Part shown: positions 55,800 to 64,000 of the stretch, one piece after another
Numbering within the stretch: position 1 is the stretch's first letter
Layout: every line of letters starts with the position of its first letter
Assembly (NCBI GenBank): GCA_028864975.1
Contig: JAGWLG010000003.1
Span: forward strand, 64,001-128,000
Origin: Thermoplasmata archaeon
Lineage (GTDB): Archaea > Thermoplasmatota > Thermoplasmata > Lutacidiplasmatales > UBA184
DNA length: 64,000 nucleotides
Direction: 5' to 3'
The notes under the pieces: model-generated
The model's database searches: none
Seen by the model: the letters and a program-made list of their open reading frames with translations, nothing else
What the model was told of the DNA's origin: nothing
Translations under genes and position numbers: made by a program

Positions 55800-56072
55800 T
55801 CACCGCGCCCTGGGGGGCGAGAGCGCGGATTCGGCGGCGACCTCCTTGCCAAGACCCGGACGTGACCGGTCCAGCTCGGAGAGGAAGGTCACGAGGAACG
55901 CCTCGGCTCGGCGCGGGTCCTCCTCGCGAGCAAGCAGGAATCCCCGGCACAATCGGGCGAGGTGGCCCCTTGCGCCCGAGCCAGGATCCCTTGAGGCGCT
56001 CACCTGCTCCCTCCGGAGGCTGACGGCGGGTCCCTCCCGCCGCCCGTAGATATACGCATAGGAGGGACGCAT
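55800..56072 (-). CDS. Possible small hypothetical protein
   Basis: Helical C-terminal part (HLARLCRGFLLAREEDPRRAEAFLVTFLSELD); start uncertain. Confidence 0.35.
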   Translation of the reverse strand: MRPSYAYIYGRREGPAVSLRREQVSASRDPGSGARGHLARLCRGFLLAREEDPRRAEAFLVTFLSELDRSRPGLGKEVAAESALSPPRAR

Positions 56073-56223
56073 ATAACCGAGCCGGTGGGTCCCGGGGACC
56101 TTGCCGGGCCGGGCGCGCGCCCCCCGGATTGCGGCGGGCCGCTTCGTTTTGCGTGGGAAGCTTCGAGGCCTCGTCCGAACCTTTATCCCCGGCGTCAGGG
56201 ATGCGGCAGCTCGAGGCTATGCC

Positions 56224-57630
56224 ATGTCCAGTGCTGTGAAGCGGGCGATGCCACCGACGACCGTGGCCGTTACCGGGGGCCCGAAGAACGTCCGCGGCGT
56301 GGTCCTGAAGACCCCCATCCCCGGCCCGAAGGGGAAGGCCGTGGTGGACCTCGACACCCAGTACCTGATGACCTCGACCAAGACGGCCCCCGTGGTCGCG
56401 CAGAGCGCGAAGGGGGTTTGGGTCACCGACGTCGATGGGAACCGGATCCTCGACTTCACGAGCGGTGTGGGGGTCCTGGGGACGGGCCACTGCCACCCCG
56501 CGGTCGTCGAGGCCGTCCAAAATCAGGCGAAGGAGCTCATGCACTTCGCGGGGACGGACTTCTATTACGAGATCCAAGCCCGCCTGGCGGAGAAGTTGGC
56601 CAAACTCGCCCCGGGGAAGAACCCCAAGAAGGTCTTCTTCACGAACTCCGGGACCGAGAGCGTCGAGGCCGCGGTCAAGATGGCGCGCTGGAACACCCAG
56701 CGGCCCTTGACCCTGGGCCTCATCGGGTCCTTCCACGGCCGCAGCATGGGGGCGCTCACCCTCACGTCGAGCAAGCCCGCGCAACGCCGCAGGTTCAACG
56801 CCTACACCGGTGGCGGCGTGCACATCCCGGCCCCGACCTGCTACCGTTGCCCCTACAAGCTCGAGTACCCGAGCTGCGACCTCTACTGCGCCAAGATCCT
56901 GGAGGAGCTCTACTTCAACACGGTCCTTCCGCCGGAGGACATCGCCGCGTTCGTGGCCGAGCCGGTCATCGGGGAGGGGGGGTACGTCGTCCCACCCAAG
57001 GAGTACTTCCAGGTCATGCAGAGGATGCTCAAGCCGCACGGGATCCTGCACGTGTCGGACGAGGTCCAGGCGGGGATGGGCCGCACCGGGAAGTGGTGGG
57101 CCATCGAGAACTTCGGAGTGGTCCCGGACATGATCACCACGGCCAAGGCGCTGGGCAGCGGCATGCCGATCGGCGCGATGGTCTTCGACGCGAAGCTGGA
57201 CTACACCTATCAGGGGGCCCACTCCAACACCTACGGTGGGAACGCCGTCGGCTGCGCGGCTTCGCTCGCCACCTTCGACGTCTTCGAGCGCGAGCACCTC
57301 CTCGACAACGCGACGAAGCAGGGCGCCTACCTGACCAAGCGTCTCAAGGAGCTCCAGGGCAAGTACGACTGCATCGGGGATGTCCGGGGGCTCGGGCTGA
57401 TGGTGGCGACCGACTTCGTCAAGGACCGGACGACCCGCGAGCACGCCCCGAAGCTCCGTGATGAGGTCGAAAAGCAGGCCTACCAGCGGGGCCTTGTCCT
57501 TCTGGGTTGTGGACGGTCGGCGATCCGATTCATCCCGGCGCTCATCGTCAAGGAACCCGAGATCGACGAGGCTGTGGAGATCTACGAACAGGCCGTAGGC
57601 GCAGCCCTGAAAGCGACCGGGGCGAACTGA
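56224..57630 (+). CDS. PLP-dependent aminotransferase class III (acetylornithine/4-aminobutyrate type)
   Basis: DVDGNRILDF.SG, FTNSGTESVEAA.K, FHGRS.G, EPVIGEGG, DEVQAG.GRTG, AKALGSG.P.GA; start ATG 56224. Confidence 0.95.
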   Translation: MSSAVKRAMPPTTVAVTGGPKNVRGVVLKTPIPGPKGKAVVDLDTQYLMTSTKTAPVVAQSAKGVWVTDVDGNRILDFTSGVGVLGTGHCHPAVVEAVQNQAKELMHFAGTDFYYEIQARLAEKLAKLAPGKNPKKVFFTNSGTESVEAAVKMARWNTQRPLTLGLIGSFHGRSMGALTLTSSKPAQRRRFNAYTGGGVHIPAPTCYRCPYKLEYPSCDLYCAKILEELYFNTVLPPEDIAAFVAEPVIGEGGYVVPPKEYFQVMQRMLKPHGILHVSDEVQAGMGRTGKWWAIENFGVVPDMITTAKALGSGMPIGAMVFDAKLDYTYQGAHSNTYGGNAVGCAASLATFDVFEREHLLDNATKQGAYLTKRLKELQGKYDCIGDVRGLGLMVATDFVKDRTTREHAPKLRDEVEKQAYQRGLVLLGCGRSAIRFIPALIVKEPEIDEAVEIYEQAVGAALKATGAN

Positions 57631-57778
57631 GCCCGGCCCGGGCTGCGGACCTTCGCCGTCCTGAGGCGATCACGAGCGGAGCGCTTGACCGACGTCCCCG
57701 GGTGAGACTGCAACGCCATCGGGAGATCGGGGGTCCTAGCTTCCCTCGGGAACTCGAGGCGCACCCACCGAGCGACCT

Positions 57779-58384
57779 CTAGACATCCAGCGAAACCAAA
57801 TCGAGCGCCCTCTCCAGAGCGAGGGCGAGACGGTGGCGGTGGCAGAGCGTCGGTGCGAGTTCCGTGCAGAGAAAGAGCGGATGGCGGGTGAGGAGGGGGC
57901 GAACCTCCTGCAGCTTGTCAGGGGTCGCGACCTGCGTGTCGTACCAATGGAAGAGCGCGGACGGGCCGACCTTCCCGCTCTTGAACGGTTCGCGGACCGC
58001 CGGAGGGACCCCCAGATCGGGGCGGTGCACGTACTCCAGTCCACGGTCCTCGACAATCTTCCTCAGGATCGGCTGGTTCCACGAGGGCGTGTGCACGCTG
58101 AAAGGGGTGTCGCGGATGTCGACGACGAGACGACAGTCCAAGATGGGCAATGCCAACTGGTCGCACAGCTCAGCGGGGGTCCTTCCGCTGCTTCCCGCGC
58201 TGGTGAAGTCGAAGACCTTTCTCCCGGAGGCGACCAGGGCGTCGAATCGGCGAAGGTTCCACGCGCGCTGAGCGACCGATTGTGCGAGCGGAGTAGGGGA
58301 CCTCACCTTCGCCCTCTTCCCGACTTTGCGGTGTGCCGCCCCGACCTCAGGACGTGCTGACCTTGCCACGACCTTTGGCCTCAT
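57779..58384 (-). CDS. DUF488 family protein
   Basis: LVVDIR..P.S....W....L......GLEY.H..DLG...LCTE..P..CHR. Confidence 0.8.
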   Translation of the reverse strand: MRPKVVARSARPEVGAAHRKVGKRAKVRSPTPLAQSVAQRAWNLRRFDALVASGRKVFDFTSAGSSGRTPAELCDQLALPILDCRLVVDIRDTPFSVHTPSWNQPILRKIVEDRGLEYVHRPDLGVPPAVREPFKSGKVGPSALFHWYDTQVATPDKLQEVRPLLTRHPLFLCTELAPTLCHRHRLALALERALDLVSLDV

Positions 58385-58467
58385 CGTCTGGGGGTCTCTT
58401 CCCCGATCCCCGGGCGTGGCCCGCCACGGTCGCGAATCATAAGAGCCCGCCCTCCTGCCGACGTCTC

Positions 58468-59505
58468 ATGAAGGCCGCGCTTCTCGGACCGCACGGTGTG
58501 GGGCTCCACGAAGCTCCAGCGCCCCACGCCCGCGAAGGGGAGCTCATCGTCGCGATGCGCGCCTGCGGCGTCTGTGGGACCGATCTGGAGAAGGTCCGGG
58601 GCAACTACAGCGCGACGGGCAAGATCGGGCACGAACCCGCGGGAGAAGTCGTCGAGGTTGGACCTGGCGTGGACGGATTCTCCATCGGCGACCGAGTCTT
58701 CGTTCATCACCACGTCGCCTGCGGTCGGTGTGCGGTCTGCGCAGCGGGGACCCCCACGTTCTGTCCGCAGTACCAGGCCACGAACATCGATCCGGGCGGT
58801 TTCTCCGAGCTCTTTCGGGTTCCCGCGTTGAACGTCAAGGCTGGCGCCGCCCTCCCGCTTCCCCCGAGCCTGAGCGACTTGGAGGCGACGTTCATCGAGC
58901 CGCTAGGCTGCTGCATCGAAGGCCTTTGGTCCACCCCGTTCCGAGAGGGTCAGAAGGTGGTCGTGCTCGGGCTAGGCCCGATCGGGTTGCTCTACCTGCG
59001 GCTCCTCAAGGCGTTAGGCGCGGCTTGGATCGGGGCGGGCGACCTTTCACCCTACCGAAGGGCAGCCGCGGAGCGAAGCGGCGCGGATGTCGCATTCGAC
59101 CCGCGCGAGGGGGGCGTGGTCCAACGGGAGTGCGGAGCCGCGACGGGCGGGCTGGGACCCGACCTCGTGGTGGTCGCAACCGGAGCTCCCAGCGCCATTG
59201 CCCAGGCCGTGGGACTTTGTCGGCGCGGAGGCACGGTCAATCTCTTCGGGCTGCCCGAGAAGGGAGGGAGACTCGACTACGACCTGCAACAGCTCTACCT
59301 GCGCGGGGTCCGCGTCATCCCCACGTACGCGACGACCGAGCGAGGGACGATGGAGGCGTTGAAGCAGATCTCGATCGGTCGCGTGAAGGTGCGCGACCTC
59401 GCCACGCACACCTTCCCCTTATCGGAGGTCCCGGCGGCCTTCGCCCAGGCGGCCCGGACCGAGGAGGCGATCAAGGTCGTGGTCACCTCGGACGGCCGGG
59501 CATGA
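58468..59505 (+). CDS. Zn-dependent medium-chain dehydrogenase (sorbitol/threonine DH-like)
   Basis: CGVCGTD, GHEPAG, structural Zn CGRCAVC..G....C, EPLGC, GLGPIG; start ATG 58468. Confidence 0.92.
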   Translation: MKAALLGPHGVGLHEAPAPHAREGELIVAMRACGVCGTDLEKVRGNYSATGKIGHEPAGEVVEVGPGVDGFSIGDRVFVHHHVACGRCAVCAAGTPTFCPQYQATNIDPGGFSELFRVPALNVKAGAALPLPPSLSDLEATFIEPLGCCIEGLWSTPFREGQKVVVLGLGPIGLLYLRLLKALGAAWIGAGDLSPYRRAAAERSGADVAFDPREGGVVQRECGAATGGLGPDLVVVATGAPSAIAQAVGLCRRGGTVNLFGLPEKGGRLDYDLQQLYLRGVRVIPTYATTERGTMEALKQISIGRVKVRDLATHTFPLSEVPAAFAQAARTEEAIKVVVTSDGRA

Positions 59506-60158
59506 AGCGTTCCTTCCGGGGGCGGAGCGAACCTCCGGCGCCCGTATCGATCGTGGTCCGCGACGCGCGCCCCGGGGATCGCGGGGACCTCGAACGCTTC
59601 CACCGTGGACTACAGCTCTACCTCGCGCCGAAGGAGACCCGCTACCACCAGCAGCGTCTGCCCGCAGGATACGGCCGGGCCTACGTGAAACAGTCGCTCG
59701 ACCTTATCGCGAAGCGGGGCGGGTTCGTGCTCATCGCCGAGCTGTCCCGTCGGAGCGTGGGATTCCTGACCGGGCTCCTTCAGCCCCTCGCTCCCTCGGT
59801 CGCTCGGATGGAGCAGCGGCCCAATGTCCAGGGCTTCGTTCTCGATGTCTTTGTCACCCCCTCCGTCCGTGGGAAGGGGGTCGGACAGGCGCTCTTCATG
59901 GAGGCGGAACGAAGGTTCGTGGCCCGCGGATGCGACAATGTCCAGCTCACCGTGCTGCCCCCGAACCTGGAGGCGCGTCGGTTCTACGAGCGGGCAGGCT
60001 ACGAGCCTATCGACCTCCGGCTCCGTAAGGACCTCGGGACCGCGCCGCGCAGCTGGGAGGAGGCCCGTCGCCGCCGACAGCGGGGGCGTCAGGGTCTGCG
60101 GCGTCGAGCGCGGCGAAGCCGAAGAGGAGCGAAACGCTCTCGGCTCAGGAACGGGTGA
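59502..60158 (+). CDS. GNAT family N-acetyltransferase
   Basis: FVLDVFVTPSVRGKGVGQAL...L.V...N..A..FYERAGY; start ATG 59502 overlapping the dehydrogenase stop. Confidence 0.88.
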   Translation: MKRSFRGRSEPPAPVSIVVRDARPGDRGDLERFHRGLQLYLAPKETRYHQQRLPAGYGRAYVKQSLDLIAKRGGFVLIAELSRRSVGFLTGLLQPLAPSVARMEQRPNVQGFVLDVFVTPSVRGKGVGQALFMEAERRFVARGCDNVQLTVLPPNLEARRFYERAGYEPIDLRLRKDLGTAPRSWEEARRRRQRGRQGLRRRARRSRRGAKRSRLRNG

Positions 60159-60165
60159 TGTGGAC

Positions 60166-60978
60166 ATGGCTACGGCTCTACCGAAACGCCTGGGACGAAG
60201 GATCTTCGGTACGGATCCTGCGGTGTACAACCGGGTGCGCTTCGGCTATCCGCCTCGTGTCCACGAGATCCTTCAACGGCGATGCGGCCTCGTCCCCGGC
60301 TCGCGCGTCTTCGAGATCGGCCCAGGGACGGGCATCGCGACCCGAGAACTCCTCATGCTGGGAGCGAACCCGCTGACCGTGGTCGAGCCCGATCCGAGGC
60401 TCGCGCGCTACCTCGGCGGCCATCTCTGCCGCTTTCGGAGCAGGGTCCGGATCGTCAACGCCCCGTTCGAGCGGGCCCAGCTGGAGGAGGGCGGCTACGA
60501 CCTTGGAGCCGCGGCCACGTCCTTCCACTGGCTGAACGAACGCGTGGCCCTCCGAAAGGTCGCGCGAGCGCTTCGGCCGGAGGGGTGGTGGGCTTCGTGG
60601 TCCAATCTGCACGGGGACCTTGAGCACCCGGGTCCGTTCCACCGTGCCATCCAGCCCTTATACGGCCGCCCGAGCGGACAACCGCCGAAGTGGGCGCAGG
60701 GCGGTGCGTCCCTTGCGAAGCAGCAAGCAGAGCGCCTGCACGCCATTCGCGCGTCGCGTTGCTTTGACCGAGCGACCGCCGAGGTGGTCCGATGGCCGGT
60801 GACCCTCAGCACGTCGAGGGTCGTTGCGCTGTGGAGCACGTTCAGCGACATCAGGGTCCTGCCGGTGGCGAAGCGCAGGCAGTTCCTCCTCGGACTCGCG
60901 CGGATCTCGGACGACGAGTTCGGTGGAACGGTCCGGTTCAAGATCGTGACTCCCATCGTCACCGCTCGACGGGTCTGA
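60166..60978 (+). CDS. Class I SAM-dependent methyltransferase
   Basis: Y.RVR.GYP, VFEIGPGTG.AT, VEPD, FE, AATSFHW, ALRPEG; start ATG 60166. Confidence 0.88.
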   Translation: MATALPKRLGRRIFGTDPAVYNRVRFGYPPRVHEILQRRCGLVPGSRVFEIGPGTGIATRELLMLGANPLTVVEPDPRLARYLGGHLCRFRSRVRIVNAPFERAQLEEGGYDLGAAATSFHWLNERVALRKVARALRPEGWWASWSNLHGDLEHPGPFHRAIQPLYGRPSGQPPKWAQGGASLAKQQAERLHAIRASRCFDRATAEVVRWPVTLSTSRVVALWSTFSDIRVLPVAKRRQFLLGLARISDDEFGGTVRFKIVTPIVTARRV

Positions 60979-61212
60979 GGGGTGCGACCCGTAGCGCTCG
61001 ATCCCCCCCGGCGGCACCCCCATCTGCCCCAACGGGAAGGGGGGGAAGGGGACCTTGGGATCTGAGCGCGAACGGCACGCAGCGCATGCAACCTGTGAAG
61101 GGGGATCCAGCCGCGGTCCGCGAGATCGCGGAGCCAGGAAGCCGCTCGGTCAGGTCGCCCGAAGGCTCTATACCTCCCCCCTCTAACCCAACCCTACCTG
61201 GAGGGTGCCGAC

Positions 61213-62049
61213 ATGGACTGGGGTCTCAAGAACCGTCTCTCGCGGATGATCAAGCCCTCCACGGGGCGGTCCGTCATGCTGGCCGTCGACCACGGCTACT
61301 TCATGGGTCCGACCCACGGTCTCGAGGTCCCTCGGAAGACGATCGCGCCCCTGCTGCCCTACTGCGACGCGCTCGCGCTCACTCGTGGCGTCCTGCGCCA
61401 GTGCGTGGATGCGTCCGCGGACGTCCCGATCCTCCTACGAGTCTCCGGTGGCTCTTCGGTTCTGAGCGAGGACCTCTCCCACGAGAACATCACCACCTCC
61501 ATGGAGGAGGCGATCCGCCTCAATGTGGCCGGGGTCGCGATGAGCGTCTTCGTGGGGAGCGCCCACGAGCACCCCACCCTCGTGAACCTTGGGAAGCTCG
61601 TCGACGAGGGGGAGCGCTACGGCATCCCCGTGGTGGGGATCACGGCGGTCGGGAAGGAGCTTCAGAAACGGGACGCCCGCTACCTCTCCCTCGCGTCGCG
61701 GCTGTGCGCGGAGATGGGCGCGCATATCATCAAGACGTACTATTGCGAGGAAGGCTTCGACAAGGTCGTCGAGGGCTGTCCCGCCCCGATCGTGGTCGCC
61801 GGTGGCCCCAAGTTCAATTCGGACAAGGAGGCCCTCGAGCTGGCGTCCCGCGCGGTCGAGCTCGGGGCGGTGGGCGTTGACATGGGCCGCAACATCTGGC
61901 AGTCGGAGCATCCCGTCGCCATGATCCGAGCCATCCGTGCCATCGTCCACGACGAGGCGACGGTCAAGGAAGCTCTCAACGTCCTCGAGGAGGGGAAGCG
62001 TCCCAACGCCCCCGTCGTCTCCTCGAAGGCCAAGGCACCGCGGACCTAG
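61213..62049 (+). CDS. lsrF: LsrF-like thiolase/class I aldolase (DhnA family)
   Basis: MDWGLKNRLSR....TGRSVMLAVDHGYFMGPT.GLE, LRVSGG.S, A.R...E.GA.IIKTYY, AGGPK, GVDMGRNIWQS. Confidence 0.88.
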   Translation: MDWGLKNRLSRMIKPSTGRSVMLAVDHGYFMGPTHGLEVPRKTIAPLLPYCDALALTRGVLRQCVDASADVPILLRVSGGSSVLSEDLSHENITTSMEEAIRLNVAGVAMSVFVGSAHEHPTLVNLGKLVDEGERYGIPVVGITAVGKELQKRDARYLSLASRLCAEMGAHIIKTYYCEEGFDKVVEGCPAPIVVAGGPKFNSDKEALELASRAVELGAVGVDMGRNIWQSEHPVAMIRAIRAIVHDEATVKEALNVLEEGKRPNAPVVSSKAKAPRT

Positions 62050-62615
62050 TCGCACCGACGTCGGAAGGGGCGTCCCCTCTTCTTGGCCTCTCCCCCGGCC
62101 GGGTGGAGCGGGACGAACTCGAAGCGCATCTCGCTCCCAGGCTCGAAACCCACTCGCGCGTAGACCGGCCTTCCCATGTCGGAGGCGTTGAGGACGACCC
62201 GAGGGAAACCCTGGGTCCTGCACCACCGCAGGGCCTCCTTGAGGATCCTGGTCGCCACGCCTCGACCCCGGGCCTCCGGGACCGTGTACATGTTCATGAT
62301 GTAGGGGAACGTCCCGCGGGTCCAACGGGGACGGGGAGGACCTTCCCGGAGCCAGACGCAGCCGCTTCCGAGGGGTGGAATGCGATCGGGGTCCTCCGCG
62401 AGGAAGGCGACAAGACGGCCCGAGCGCATGCGTTCCCGAAGCCAGGGGCGGTAGGCTCGCCCCACCGCCGCAAGGGCAGGGGGGTCGATCTGGTCCCAGT
62501 GGTCAAGGTCCGAGAACATGCGGTGGCGGTGCAGCACGAGCACGTCGAGGTCCCTGATGGTCGCGCGCCGTATGCGCAAGGGAGTCCGGCGTGAAGGGAG
62601 CTGCCGGACGCTCAC
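62046..62615 (-). CDS. GNAT family N-acetyltransferase
   Basis: PYIMNMYTVPEARGRGVATRIL...L.ASDMGRPVY...GF; GTG start 62615 chosen. Confidence 0.85.
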   Translation of the reverse strand: MSVRQLPSRRTPLRIRRATIRDLDVLVLHRHRMFSDLDHWDQIDPPALAAVGRAYRPWLRERMRSGRLVAFLAEDPDRIPPLGSGCVWLREGPPRPRWTRGTFPYIMNMYTVPEARGRGVATRILKEALRWCRTQGFPRVVLNASDMGRPVYARVGFEPGSEMRFEFVPLHPAGGEAKKRGRPFRRRCD

Positions 62616-62664
62616 GCGCTCACGCAAAGCCGGCGCCTGATGAGGTTGCCCGGTCCCCTCCCGT

Positions 62665-63282
62665 TCACGCAGTGGCCTTCGCGTGGGCGGTCGGCGCCGG
62701 CAGCGCCGACTCTGACGCAGGTTCGCGGACGGTCCGGAGTGCGCCGCTCCACGCGACGACCTCATCGAGCGTCCGGGTGAGCTGCCCGACCCGCGCTTCC
62801 GAGGGCTTGAACACGCGGAAGTCCTCCCAATCGTTGAAGATCGAGAGCTGGACTTGCGAACGGACGGTGGCCATCTTCACCTCGGCGAGGACCACGCGCA
62901 GGTTCTCGACGGCCCGGACCCCTCCGGCGCTCCCGTACCCCACGAACCCGGCCGCCTTGTCGTTCCATTCCGCGAAGAGGTAGTCGATGGCGTTCTTCAG
63001 AGCGGCAGAAGTCCCGTGGTTGTACTCGGGGGTGACGAAGACGAAACCATCGAAGGAGCGGACCTTCGCGGCCCACGCCTTGGTGTGCGCACCGGCATAG
63101 CGCCCCATCGACGGAGGCAGCGGTTCGTCGAGGAGCGGTAGGTGGAACTGCGCGATGTCCACGACCTCGAACTCGGCGTTCGGTCGGTGCTTCGCATGCT
63201 CATGGACCCAACGGGCCACATCCTCGGCCTTTCTCCCTGGGCGCGTGCTCCCGACGATGATCCCGATCCTGAGCTTCGGCAT
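62665..63282 (-). CDS. NAD(P)H-dependent FMN reductase
   Basis: IIVGSTRPGR, DGFVFVTPEYNHG.SAALKNAID....EW..K.A.FV.YG..GG.RA. Confidence 0.93.
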   Translation of the reverse strand: MPKLRIGIIVGSTRPGRKAEDVARWVHEHAKHRPNAEFEVVDIAQFHLPLLDEPLPPSMGRYAGAHTKAWAAKVRSFDGFVFVTPEYNHGTSAALKNAIDYLFAEWNDKAAGFVGYGSAGGVRAVENLRVVLAEVKMATVRSQVQLSIFNDWEDFRVFKPSEARVGQLTRTLDEVVAWSGALRTVREPASESALPAPTAHAKATA

Positions 63283-63408
63283 GGGTCGTTCCGCTCCCGT
63301 GGGCCCCGAAGACCGCGCGGGCCAGAAGATGAGTAGCTACCCAGCTCGATAGCGACTCCTCGATGAGGGAGCGGACCCGGCAACGAGCGCGACCTCGTCA
63401 GGCGCCGG

Positions 63409-63969
63409 TCATCTTCGGCGAGTCTTCGAGCCCACGCCGCGAGGAGCCGGGAGGCGGCGGAGCATCTCTCTCCCGCTTCGGAACCCCGCACGCTCGTAGA
63501 CTCCACGACCCATGTTCGAGGCGTGAAGTATGATGATACGGTAGCCGTGCCTCTTGCTCCACGCGAGCGCCTCGGCCACGATCTTGGAAGCCACGTGTTG
63601 CCCCCGTGCCTTCCGCTCGGTGTACATCGACAGGAGGTACGGGATCGGACGACCGTCGTCCCGAGGGCGGGGTTGCCTCTCCTCACGCAGCCAGAGACCG
63701 CCGCTCCCTAGGACTGTCCCCTCGGGACCTTCGGCGATGAATCCGACGAAGCGATGGGCCCGGGTACGGTTCATCACCCAACGCCGGTACTCGCGGTCGG
63801 CGCGCGCCATCTCGCTGGACGAGGGCGCCCCCCGCTTCCAGATGTCCCCCCACATCTTTCGGCGGTGTTGGACGAGGGTCTCCAGGTCCCTGGGCGTCGC
63901 GGTCCGAACGCGGAAGGGGGCCGCTCGCGCAGGCCGACGAGGAGGGCGTGTCCGCCGGCGAGAGCTCAC
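63409..63969 (-). CDS. GNAT family N-acetyltransferase (paralogue of 62046..62615)
   Basis: PYLLSMYTERKARGQHVASKIV...LHASNMGRGVY...GF. Confidence 0.85.
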   Translation of the reverse strand: MSSRRRTRPPRRPARAAPFRVRTATPRDLETLVQHRRKMWGDIWKRGAPSSSEMARADREYRRWVMNRTRAHRFVGFIAEGPEGTVLGSGGLWLREERQPRPRDDGRPIPYLLSMYTERKARGQHVASKIVAEALAWSKRHGYRIIILHASNMGRGVYERAGFRSGREMLRRLPAPRGVGSKTRRR

Positions 63970-64000
63970 GCGCTCGGGCCCTCGTTAGCAAGGCATTGGT

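Noticed and set aside
18728-57444. Very long alternative-frame or antisense ORFs in the track (e.g. 18728..21037, 30010..31686, 41712..43658, 49841..51415, 55795..57444)
   Set aside because: They shadow well-supported genes, are Arg/Gly/Pro-rich and motif-free, as expected from stop-codon scarcity at high GC.
62637-62644. CTGATGAG (also CTGACGAG at 49741) resembling a hammerhead ribozyme core or C box
   Set aside because: No stem II followed by GAAA, and no properly spaced D box; the second instance simply contains a stop codon.
1-64000. CRISPR array, rRNA, integrase or prophage genes
   Set aside because: No regularly spaced repeats, rRNA-like tracts or recombinase motifs were seen.

Overview
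High-GC archaeal chromosomal window, most consistent with class Thermoplasmata (inference from gene content: L32e/L19e/S4e/Rnp1 in the ribosomal operon, HMG-CoA synthase-thiolase-DUF35 cluster, PAC2, several PKD-stalked surface proteins). 1-10.5 kb: minus-strand S10/spc-type ribosomal protein superoperon (L3 to partial L18), many proteins carrying unusually long Ala/Pro/Lys/Glu-rich extensions. 10.8-23 kb: mixed housekeeping and accessory genes, including tRNA-Arg(TCT), a candidate 13-codon CxxCGC micropeptide with its own promoter, RBS and hairpin, and a membrane-anchored GH25 muramidase lying between two copies of an exact 30-bp repeat. 23-26.8 kb: upper mevalonate operon in which HMG-CoA synthase looks intact but the thiolase has lost all three canonical catalytic motifs, followed by tRNA-Ala(GGC) with a 31-nt intron at non-canonical position 59/60 in a strict bulge-helix-bulge. 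27-48 kb: housekeeping and glycosylation genes (UDP-sulfoquinovose synthase, nucleotidyltransferase, GT4s, gmd, purA, tRNA-Val(CAC)) and an 899-aa surface protein. 48-55 kb: GvpD-like ATPase, a 1324-aa PKD-repeat surface protein and a solo, frameshifted IS200/IS605-family tnpB. 55-64 kb: class III aminotransferase, DUF488, Zn-dehydrogenase, LsrF-like enzyme, FMN reductase and several GNATs. No CRISPR array, rRNA or integrase was seen. All family assignments come from motif recognition by eye; no database searches were run.
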